From Pirellulales bacterium (GTDB lineage Bacteria; Planctomycetota; Planctomycetia; Pirellulales; UBA1268), in assembly GCA_017853835.1 (NCBI GenBank), contig JAFMIU010000002.1, forward strand, positions 44,755 to 108,754: a stretch of 64,000 bases of DNA. Direction: 5' to 3'. Position numbers and translations under genes: made by a program. Under the pieces are notes generated by a model. That model made no database searches. It saw only the letters and a list, made by a program, of their open reading frames with translations, and was not told the origin of the DNA. Positions 17,368-25,336 of this stretch are shown one piece after another. Position 1 is the first letter of the stretch; every line of letters starts with the position of its first letter.

Positions 17368-19682
17368 CGGTGCCCCTCGACAATGGCATGGTTTCGCATG
17401 GCACCGAGGTCGACCACTTCCGTCGCCATCCCCCCGAGCGCGAGCATGCCCGCCAGGCCTGCCATGCCGGCAGGCTGCAGCGGTGACTCAGCAACCAGCA
17501 CGTCGAGGATGCTGTCGACCGCAAGTCCAAGGCAGCCACTGTCGGCCGACACCACCACCACGTTCACGTTCGTGGGCAAGGTCACCGACGGGCTGCCAAG
17601 CATCGCATCGATGTCGGCCAGCGGGGTAAAGGCGTCGCCACGCCGAACGACCCGCCGGCGACCGACCTCTTGCACGTCCTGCCGCGCATAACGCTCCAGC
17701 CGCACGACGTCGGCCAGCGGAACGGCGACCCGTCTGCCCGCCGGCGTGCCGCACACGAGGTAGCGATCGGCGAGTTCGGCAGTAGGCACCGCCGGCGCAT
17801 CGGGTTCGTGATCAACGGGAGGAAGCTTGGCCAGCCGCTGGAGTCCACGGAGATCGAGAATCAGCACCACGCCTCCGTCGCCCAGCACCGTTGCTCCCGA
17901 ATAGAGGCCGAGCCCGGCCAGCAACGCTCCGATCGGTTTGACGACGATGGTCGACAGGCTGGCGGAATCAAGGAGTTCACGGCACCGCAGGTGACCACCG
18001 GCTGATCGCATCCCATCGACGACGAGGCCAAACTCACGATCGTCGACCCTCACCAGCACCACGGTGCCGTCCTCGCGGCAGGCGGTCTGGTCCCGTACAC
18101 CAAGAAACTGATCGAGGAACACGATCGGCACCAGGCGGCCACGAACCCGCATCACGGGGGCGTCGTGTAGCCCTTCGATCCGTGGACCGGATCGATCCTT
18201 GGCCAGCGGAACGAGCTCCCCCACGGCCGACTGAGGAATCGCGAACCGTTCCGTGCCGCAGCGCACGACGAGCGCCGGCATGATGGCCAGCGTGAGCGGC
18301 ACGTGCACGCAGACCGTGGTGCCAGCCCCGGGAGCGCTGTGGATGTCGACGGTTCCCCCGATCGCCTCGATGTTGGTGCGCACGACGTCCATCCCCACGC
18401 CACGCCCCGACACACTCGTCACCTGGGCGGCCGTCGAGAACCCCGGCTCAAAGATGAACTGCAAGACGCGATCGGGGGGCATCGATGCCGCGTCGGCCGC
18501 TGAGACGAGGCCTCGCGTCACGGCCTTCTCCCGAACCTTTTCGAACGCGATGCCGGCCCCATCGTCCGACACCTCGATCGTCACCCGGCCGCTTTCGTTG
18601 AACGCACGGAGCGACAGCCGCCCGGCGCGGGGTTTGCCCTTGGCCACGCGCTCAGCCGGTGGTTCGATGCCGTGGTCAACCGCGTTGCGAAGCAGGTGCG
18701 TGAGCGGGTCACGGATGCTCTCGATGAGCGATCGGTCAAGCTCGGTGTCGGCCCCGTCGATGACGAGCTGCACCTCCTTCCCGCACGACACGGCCAGGTC
18801 TCGGACCGTGCGCGGAAACCGGCTGAAGACGTGCTCCACCGGCTGGAGTCGCGTTTTGACCGCGGTTTCCTGCAGGGCGTTGGTGACGGCGTTGATCCGT
18901 TGGCTGCAGGCCTGCACGGCCGGATCATCGCTATCGATGCTTCGCAGCTGGTTTCGGGCAAGCACGAGTTCGCCCACCAGATCGAGAATCGACGCGAGGA
19001 GATCCACGTCGACTCTCACGCTCGACTCCGCCGCCGTCACGCCCGCTGCCGCCACTCCCGTCGTGGCAACGGAGGAAACTGGTTCGGGGGAGGGCGTCGC
19101 GGGGGTCGCAGTCACCGCCGCCGCAGGAGTCGGCCCATCCTCAGGCTTTTCACCGGCGGCTGGGATGCCCGTGCTCGGCGTCGACTCCGTCGTCGATGGC
19201 GATGGTGCTGGCGCCGGGGCGGCGTTCGCGGCCACCGGACTTGCCTGTGTCGCCTTCGACTCGTCGGGCCCAACCGCACCAGGCAGCGTCGATTCCGCCT
19301 GTTCGGCAGCTGCGGTCAGCGACCTGGAGAGCTCCCGGTAGTCCTGATCACCCTCGCCACCGGTCGCTTCGATGGAGCGGAGAATCGCACGAACGGCATC
19401 GACCATCGTGTAGAGCGTGCCGGCGATCCGGTCGTCCAGCCGTAGCCGGCCGTCACGAAGCTTCCCAAGCAGGTGCTCACCACTGTGGGCGAGCGCCCCA
19501 AGCTTCGAAAAGCCAAAGAAGCCGCTGTTGCCCTTGATCGTATGAACCGTGCGGAAAACACTCGCCAGTCGCGGCGCATCCGCGGGATCCGCCTCGAGCG
19601 CAAGAAGGTCCTTGTCGAGCTGATCGAGGTTTTCACTCGACTCGACAAGAAACTCTTCGATGAACTCGCGGTTGTCAGACAT
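17364..19682 (-). CDS. cheA: chemotaxis histidine kinase CheA with two C-terminal CheW-like domains
   Basis: ORF 17364..19808, with the likely ATG at 19682 (MSDNREFIEEFLVESSENLDQL). HPt domain with FRTVHTIKGNSGFFG. Pro/Ala-rich linker and dimerisation region. HATPase motifs: HLLRNAVDHGIE, DDGAGI, GRGVGMDVV. Two consecutive CheW-like segments follow (ALVVRCGTERFAIPQSAV... and RYLVCGTPAGRRVAVPLADVV...). Confidence 0.9.
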   Translation of the reverse strand: MSDNREFIEEFLVESSENLDQLDKDLLALEADPADAPRLASVFRTVHTIKGNSGFFGFSKLGALAHSGEHLLGKLRDGRLRLDDRIAGTLYTMVDAVRAILRSIEATGGEGDQDYRELSRSLTAAAEQAESTLPGAVGPDESKATQASPVAANAAPAPAPSPSTTESTPSTGIPAAGEKPEDGPTPAAAVTATPATPSPEPVSSVATTGVAAAGVTAAESSVRVDVDLLASILDLVGELVLARNQLRSIDSDDPAVQACSQRINAVTNALQETAVKTRLQPVEHVFSRFPRTVRDLAVSCGKEVQLVIDGADTELDRSLIESIRDPLTHLLRNAVDHGIEPPAERVAKGKPRAGRLSLRAFNESGRVTIEVSDDGAGIAFEKVREKAVTRGLVSAADAASMPPDRVLQFIFEPGFSTAAQVTSVSGRGVGMDVVRTNIEAIGGTVDIHSAPGAGTTVCVHVPLTLAIMPALVVRCGTERFAIPQSAVGELVPLAKDRSGPRIEGLHDAPVMRVRGRLVPIVFLDQFLGVRDQTACREDGTVVLVRVDDREFGLVVDGMRSAGGHLRCRELLDSASLSTIVVKPIGALLAGLGLYSGATVLGDGGVVLILDLRGLQRLAKLPPVDHEPDAPAVPTAELADRYLVCGTPAGRRVAVPLADVVRLERYARQDVQEVGRRRVVRRGDAFTPLADIDAMLGSPSVTLPTNVNVVVVSADSGCLGLAVDSILDVLVAESPLQPAGMAGLAGMLALGGMATEVVDLGAMRNHAIVEGHR

Positions 19683-19889
19683 CCGGAAATCGAACCAGAT
19701 CAGGCCCGAGGAAAGATGAGGGGCTGGGCGAAAGGATTCCGACTGCGCAAGGTTTGCCGGCAGCCTTGCGGTAAGCATACCCCGTGAAATGCGGCCGATC
19801 TCGGGCATGGAACGACGGCCCTTTCGACCCTCACAGGCCGTACAGCCGGCCCCCAGATCGCCCCAGGCCCTTCGATCGGGACGGCTCGC

Positions 19890-21134
19890 TCAGGATGCGG
19901 TCGACGCCCGTTGGTCGATGGCGTCGTCCATGAGGGGCCAGAGCGCGTCGATATCGCCCTTGAAGATGTCGCCGATCAGGATGTCCGTGATCAGCGGTTT
20001 GGCATCGCCGTGTCGTCGCACGAGCTGGCCGAAGTTGAGGCCGTCATAAAACCCGCACACGAGCTTCCGCATCCGGTCGAGACCAGCCGTGTAGCCGGGT
20101 CCCCACGAACCCAGCCTCGCCTCCGAGGTGTCGTGGCAGTCGAGCCCCTCGGCGATCGCGTCCGCGGCCAGCGCCCCGCTCTTGAGCGCGAGAAGAATCC
20201 CCGAGGAATAGAGCGGGTCGAGGAATCCAAAGGCATCGCCCACGAGCACCCAACCATCGCCCGCCACCTGAGAAGCCCGGTAGGAATACTCCTTTGCGGC
20301 GCGGTAGGGAGCCACGCGTTCCGCCGACGTCAGGCGGGGCTGCACGCCCGGACATCGTGCCATTTCATCGCGATAAATCGCCTCGAGATCCTTTGAATCG
20401 CGGTTCTTGAAAAGATGGTCGAACGGCGCCACGACACCGACGCTGACGAGATCATCCTGGAGCGGGATGTACCAGAACCATCCCACCTTGCCCTGCGTTT
20501 GCATCACGAGCGTGGCGCCGGCGTCGAGACCGGGCTCCCGTTGCCCCCCCTTCCAGTAGGTCCAGATGGCGGCCTTCTTGAGCACGGGGTCCCACTGCCT
20601 GAGCCCCAGACGATCGAGAATGATCCCGCTCTGCCCTGCCGCATCGACGACGACGTCGCATCGCACCTCGCTCTCCACGCCATCTTCATCCAGGGTGCGA
20701 ACTCCGACCGCCCGCCGTCCCTCGAACAGCACGTCGAGCACGCGCACGCCCTCTCTGACATCAACGCCGTGCGACCGGGCGTTGTCGAGCATCATCTGAT
20801 CGAACTCCTGGCGGGTGACCTGCCAGGTGCGAGAACTCTCGTGCGGTTTGTAATCCGCAAAGTAAAACGGCTCGGAAACACGCCCCTGCTCCGACACGAA
20901 CTGCACGCTGTGCTTCTCGACGAACGGCCCCCCCCGAAGCCTCGGGAGCATTCCAAGCCGCTCCAGCACCCAGAACGTTTCTGGAATCAGCGACTCCCCG
21001 ACGTGGTAGCGAGGAAAACGGTCCCGCTCGAACAGCCGGACGGTCCGACCGTGCTGGGCGACAAGGGTGGCGGTTGTCGCGCCGGCGGGCCCACCCCCGA
21101 TCACGACCACTTCTGGATTTCCAGCGTCCACCAT
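19890..21134 (-). CDS. FAD-dependent oxidoreductase with flavin-dependent-halogenase signature motifs
   Basis: 414 aa. The N-terminal VVVIGGGPAGATTA is a GxGxxG dinucleotide fold. HVGESLIPE follows, and KVGWFWYIPL matches the WxWxIP motif of flavin-dependent halogenases. The C-terminal GDAFGFLDPLYSSGI is an FAD-binding GD motif. Confidence 0.8.
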   Translation of the reverse strand: MVDAGNPEVVVIGGGPAGATTATLVAQHGRTVRLFERDRFPRYHVGESLIPETFWVLERLGMLPRLRGGPFVEKHSVQFVSEQGRVSEPFYFADYKPHESSRTWQVTRQEFDQMMLDNARSHGVDVREGVRVLDVLFEGRRAVGVRTLDEDGVESEVRCDVVVDAAGQSGIILDRLGLRQWDPVLKKAAIWTYWKGGQREPGLDAGATLVMQTQGKVGWFWYIPLQDDLVSVGVVAPFDHLFKNRDSKDLEAIYRDEMARCPGVQPRLTSAERVAPYRAAKEYSYRASQVAGDGWVLVGDAFGFLDPLYSSGILLALKSGALAADAIAEGLDCHDTSEARLGSWGPGYTAGLDRMRKLVCGFYDGLNFGQLVRRHGDAKPLITDILIGDIFKGDIDALWPLMDDAIDQRASTAS

Positions 21135-21246
21135 CGGGCACCTCGCACTCCCTGGCCACGGGGGCGCCCCGCGGAAGACTGATCCACGAGGGAAACCCCT
21201 TGAAGGATAGTCGGCCGGACCGGGGCGGCCACCGCCGGGACGAGAT

Positions 21247-21642
21247 CTACTCGAACTGCCGGAGAGCCTCGATTGCGGCCAGTGCCCGATCCAGGCCTCC
21301 CAACCGGCTCACCGCCTTTTTCGCGGCGACCAGGTCTTCCACCGAAATCCGCGACTTTGACTTTCCGCCCTTGGCGGCACTCTTGGTGGCAGCAGCGGCG
21401 GCAGCAGCGAGATTGATCGACTTCCTGCGCTTGCGCGGCCGGAACCCCATCCGCTTGAGCACCATGCTCACCTGCGGCGAGGAAACCTCGATGCCCTGCT
21501 TTTGCAACACGGCAATGATCGCCACAGGACGCGGCTTTTCACCCTTCGCCTTCATGGCCGAGGCGACCTTGCGAATCTCGGCCGACTTGTTGACATCCTT
21601 GGGCGACTTCTTGTCGGCTGCTTTTTCGGCTTTTTCTGACAT
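21247..21642 (-). CDS. small Lys/Ala-rich basic protein, unknown function
   Basis: ORF 21247..21714, with the likely ATG at 21642 (MSEKAEKAADKKSPKDVNKSAEIRKV...). 131 aa. Contains an RPRKRRK basic patch, an AAAAAAA run and a C-terminal helical ISVEDLVAAKKAVSRLGGLDRALAAIEALRQFE. No family recognised. Confidence 0.6.
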   Translation of the reverse strand: MSEKAEKAADKKSPKDVNKSAEIRKVASAMKAKGEKPRPVAIIAVLQKQGIEVSSPQVSMVLKRMGFRPRKRRKSINLAAAAAAATKSAAKGGKSKSRISVEDLVAAKKAVSRLGGLDRALAAIEALRQFE

Positions 21643-21877
21643 GGGAACTCCGGGGCGGGATACGGTTGAAGGCACATGGTCATGGAATGACATCACGCAT
21701 CTGTCACCATACAAAACGTGTTATCAGATGATGATGCCAGGAACTATACCATGATGACGCGCGATGTACATTCTGCGCACCGCCGAATCCCCACGGCACG
21801 AAAAAAACCGATCACAGCCACGACCGCGGCACCACGACCCCCTCGCCAGAGTTGGTCACGGCGTCCTGACGGTCATT

Positions 21878-21917
21878 CCTGCAGATCAGTCCTTCAGCCT
21901 GCAGATCAGTCCTTCAG
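21878..21917. repeat. perfect 20-bp tandem duplication spanning the hemA stop codon
   Basis: cctgcagatcagtccttcag (21878-21897) is immediately repeated at 21898-21917. On the minus strand each copy reads CTG AAG GAC TGA tctgcagg. The upstream copy supplies the hemA C-terminus ...LKD*. Confidence 0.95.
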
Positions 21918-23180
21918 ATTGAACAGCCGCTTCAGGGCATCGAGCAGTCCGTGCGGCGGGCCGGCATGGCTCTCGCTTCGCAGCGAGGCCAGGGGCGGAT
22001 GGAGCATCTTTGCGGCGTACCGGTCAAACGACTGACGGATCTCGTCGCGATCGCGGTCGTCGAGGTGGGGAAGGCGTCGAAACAGCCGCTCCAGTTCCGC
22101 CTCGCCGGTTTCCGACCAGCCCGCCCGCAGCTGCTCGATGACCGGCGCCGTCGAGCGATGGTGCATATCGCCCATGAACCGGCTCGTCTCCTCGTCGACG
22201 ATGGCCAACGCCCTCGGAAGCTCCCGCTGACGGCTGCGACGATTGGCATCACAGGCCTCGGCCAGATCATCGACACACGAAAGCCAGACCCCGGGCCGTT
22301 CACCAACGCGTGGATCGAAGTCGCGCGGGACGGCGAGATCGAGCACCACGAGCGGCCGCCCTTCGCGATGAGCCTCGGCTCGATCGAAGAGATCGAGTGA
22401 AACGACCGGTTCGCTCGATCCTGTCGTGCTCACCACGAGATCGGCTGCGGCAAGTTCTCGCTCCAGTTCATCAAAGGACGCCGGCTTCGCACCGAGCCGA
22501 GCAGCCAGGTCATCCGCCCGCGACGCGGTGCGGTTGACGATCACCACGTCACGGCCACCAGCGGCCCGGAGATAGCGAAGCGTCTCGGCCGCCATCTTGC
22601 CGGCCCCGATGAGCAGAATCCGCTTGTCGTCGAATCGCTCGAACACGCTGCTGGCAAACTCCGCCACCGCCACGCTCGGGATCGACACCCGCTCCCGGCC
22701 CAGAGCCGTTTCCGTGGCCACACGCTTGGCGGTGCGGAGAGCCGCCTGAAACATTCCTGCCGTGAGCGGCCCCGCCGTGCGGTTGTCCTGCGCGATCGTC
22801 CACGCCTGCTTCACCTGCGAAAGGATCTGGGGCTCCCCGAGCACCATGCTGTCGAGCCCGGCGGCCACCGAGAAGAGATGCCGCACCACCGCTTCGTCGT
22901 GTTCTCTGGAGAGCACGGGCGCCAGCGCCGCTGCCTCGAGCCCACGACACTCGGCCAGAAACGAGAGCAGTTCCTCAACCGGCGGAGCGGCCACCTCGGC
23001 CTCCCCCGCTGCGTAGAACTCAACCCGGTTGCAGGTCGACAGCAGAACCCCCTCCCGCCCGGGAAAGCGGTCGCGAAACCGTGCGAGCGCGTCGGCAGCC
23101 TGTTCGGCGGTGAAGGCGAGCCGTTCGCGGAGCGCCAGTGGCACCGTGCGATGGGTGGCACCCACGAGCGCGAGCATCAT
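21906..23180 (-). CDS. hemA: glutamyl-tRNA reductase
   Basis: 424 aa. MMLALVGATHRTVPLALRERLAF...LLSTCNRVEFY contains the catalytic Cys motif TCNR. NADPH-binding ILLIGAGKMAE. The start overlaps the upstream gene stop (ATGA). Confidence 0.93.
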   Translation of the reverse strand: MMLALVGATHRTVPLALRERLAFTAEQAADALARFRDRFPGREGVLLSTCNRVEFYAAGEAEVAAPPVEELLSFLAECRGLEAAALAPVLSREHDEAVVRHLFSVAAGLDSMVLGEPQILSQVKQAWTIAQDNRTAGPLTAGMFQAALRTAKRVATETALGRERVSIPSVAVAEFASSVFERFDDKRILLIGAGKMAAETLRYLRAAGGRDVVIVNRTASRADDLAARLGAKPASFDELERELAAADLVVSTTGSSEPVVSLDLFDRAEAHREGRPLVVLDLAVPRDFDPRVGERPGVWLSCVDDLAEACDANRRSRQRELPRALAIVDEETSRFMGDMHHRSTAPVIEQLRAGWSETGEAELERLFRRLPHLDDRDRDEIRQSFDRYAAKMLHPPLASLRSESHAGPPHGLLDALKRLFNLKD

Positions 23181-24073
23181 CGCACGACCTCCGCATCGGC
23201 CACACCCAACGGTGACTCAGCCGGCCTGCCATGCCGCGTCGTTCCGGCAAGGCCCCACGCGATCGACCCCGCCATCACCACGAGGCTCGCGAGCGACAGC
23301 CACGCCATCACGCGACCACCCCCGGGCCGCCTCCTCGCCATCGCGGCCCACTGCGACGCCACGATGAGCCAGGCCACCACGAGTCCCATCCGCATGACAA
23401 CCGGATCGGTCCAGGGCACGGTCTCCATCAAGCCTCGTCGATGATTGACCGCGTTGAGAATGAGCCCCGACGCGAAGCCGGCGGTGGCGGCCCAGGCGGC
23501 GATCGCCGGTGTGCGCGAGGTGACATGTTCGAGCCGCTCGAGGCTCGGCAGTCGCAACCCACCGGCCGATGACGACTTGACCGTCAGTCGCCAAGCCTGC
23601 AGCAGCCACATCGATCCGGCGATCGCACCGAGCACCACGCTGACGCTCCACACCAGATGAAAGGCCCCGTGAACGCGGCCCCAAAACAACGAGGCGGCGT
23701 CGTGGAGAAAAGGCTCACGGCTTGCGACCGTCGCCGCCCCCACGAGGCCGAGAATGACCGGGAGGAGAAACAGGCCGATCGGTGTCTTTGGATTGGCCAG
23801 CGCGAGCCAAAGGTAGGCGACCGCGAGGACCCATGCGGCAAGGAGATACCAGTCAAAGGGACTCGACAGGGGCAGCGTGCCCGACGCCGCCGCGCGCCAT
23901 CCGAGAAACAACGTGTGGGCGACCAGACCGGCCGCCGCAAAAAACACCATCACCGCCCCACGCACGCCGGAGCGAAACACCAGCCGAGAGGCCTCGCACG
24001 CCAACGCGACGCCATAACTCGCTGCGAAACAGACGATCGAGATGCCGGAAAGGAAGGCGGCCATGCGGTGCAT
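23177..24073 (-). CDS. cytochrome c assembly (CcsA/HemX-like) family membrane protein
   Basis: Only the 3' 298 codons of ORF 23177..24469 look real, with ATG at 24073 (MHRMAAFLSGISIVCFAASYG). Polytopic. LQAWRLTVKSS..LRLPSLERLEHVTSR..AAWAATAGFASGLILN resembles the CcsA/HemX core. Translationally coupled to hemA. Confidence 0.7.
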   Translation of the reverse strand: MHRMAAFLSGISIVCFAASYGVALACEASRLVFRSGVRGAVMVFFAAAGLVAHTLFLGWRAAASGTLPLSSPFDWYLLAAWVLAVAYLWLALANPKTPIGLFLLPVILGLVGAATVASREPFLHDAASLFWGRVHGAFHLVWSVSVVLGAIAGSMWLLQAWRLTVKSSSAGGLRLPSLERLEHVTSRTPAIAAWAATAGFASGLILNAVNHRRGLMETVPWTDPVVMRMGLVVAWLIVASQWAAMARRRPGGGRVMAWLSLASLVVMAGSIAWGLAGTTRHGRPAESPLGVADAEVVR

Positions 24074-24151
24074 CGGGGGTGTCGGAAGTTCTGCATTGTA
24101 GTTGCCAAATCCCGCCTGCCGACCGCCCACAATCCGCCTATACTCCTCGAG

Positions 24152-25201
24152 ATGCCCATCACCAGCCCGCCGTCGCCCCGTTCCACCGACCCCCTGTTCC
24201 TGAGGGCCTGCCGCCTGGAACCGGTGGAACGGACTCCCGTGTGGCTCATGCGCCAGGCCGGCCGCTACCTCCCGGAATACCGGGCGGTGCGCGACAAGGT
24301 GGGCTTTATGGAGCTCTGCAAGACCCCCCGATTGTCGGCGGAAGTGATGATCGCCACGGTCGAGCGGCTCGGCGTCGATGCCGCGATCATCTTCAGCGAT
24401 CTGCTTCCCATCCTCGAGCCGATGGGGCTCGATCTGGAGTTTGCAGCCGGTGAGGGTCCGGTGATTCACAACCCGGTCCGCTCACCCGACGATGTCGGCC
24501 GGGTGCGTGAGCTCGACGATATCGACCGCCTTGGCTTCGTGATGGACACCGTTCGGGCGACGCGGGCCGGCCTCGACCCGTCGATTCCCGTGATCGGCTT
24601 TGCGGGAGCCCCGTTCACGCTCGCCGGCTATTGCATCGAAGGGGGCACGAGTCGTGCCTGGCTTCACACCAAGTCGCTGATGTACCGGCATGAATCAGCG
24701 TGGCATGACCTCATGGCCCGAGTGGCGAGGGCCGTGAGCCGCTACCTCGTCGCTCAGATCGATGCCGGCGCCCAGGTAGTGCAGGTGTTCGACAGCTGGG
24801 TTGGCTGCCTGTCGCCCGACGACTACCGTCGGTATGTGCTTCCGCATTCGCGGACCGCCATGGCCGAGGCCGTGAAACGGGTTCCCACCATCCATTTCGC
24901 CACCGGCAATCCGGCCCTGCTGCCGCTCCTTCGCGAAGCCGGAGGCCAGGTCATCGGCATCGACTGGCGGATCGACCTCGATGAGGCGTGGAAAACAGTC
25001 GGCTACGATCGGGCCGTGCAGGGCAACCTCGATCCGGCGATCCTTCTGGCCGACCGTGACACGATCCGTGCTCGCACACGGGACATCCTCGCCCGCGCCG
25101 CGGGCCGCTCCGGCCATATTTTCAACCTCGGCCACGGCATCCTTCCGAACACCCCGGTCGAAAACGTTCTCGAACTGATCGCCACCGTGAAGCACGGCTG
25201 A
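24152..25201 (+). CDS. hemE: uroporphyrinogen decarboxylase
   Basis: The real gene is the 3' part of ORF 23657..25201, with an in-frame ATG at 24152 (MPITSPPSPRSTDPLFLRACRLEPVERTPVWLMRQAGRYLPEYR). Other hallmarks: IIFSDLL, FAGAPFTLA, VQVFDSW and NLGHGI. Confidence 0.93.
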   Translation: MPITSPPSPRSTDPLFLRACRLEPVERTPVWLMRQAGRYLPEYRAVRDKVGFMELCKTPRLSAEVMIATVERLGVDAAIIFSDLLPILEPMGLDLEFAAGEGPVIHNPVRSPDDVGRVRELDDIDRLGFVMDTVRATRAGLDPSIPVIGFAGAPFTLAGYCIEGGTSRAWLHTKSLMYRHESAWHDLMARVARAVSRYLVAQIDAGAQVVQVFDSWVGCLSPDDYRRYVLPHSRTAMAEAVKRVPTIHFATGNPALLPLLREAGGQVIGIDWRIDLDEAWKTVGYDRAVQGNLDPAILLADRDTIRARTRDILARAAGRSGHIFNLGHGILPNTPVENVLELIATVKHG

Positions 25202-25336
25202 TGGTCGCGAATCCAAGGGTGCGAGCACCGGGCCTCGTCACGAAAGGGCCCGGCGAGGTACAACATCGTGCTGCGCCTGATCGGACCTGCTGAGCTCCGG
25301 ATCGCCGCAGAGCCCCAGCACCTTCGAATCGGCAGC

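Noticed and set aside
23657-24151. 5' extension of the hemE ORF and 5' extension of the CcsA-like ORF (24074..24469)
   Set aside because: Both extensions are antisense to the neighbouring real gene. They precede well-conserved N-termini (MPITSPP...VWLMRQAGRY and MHRMAAFLSG...).
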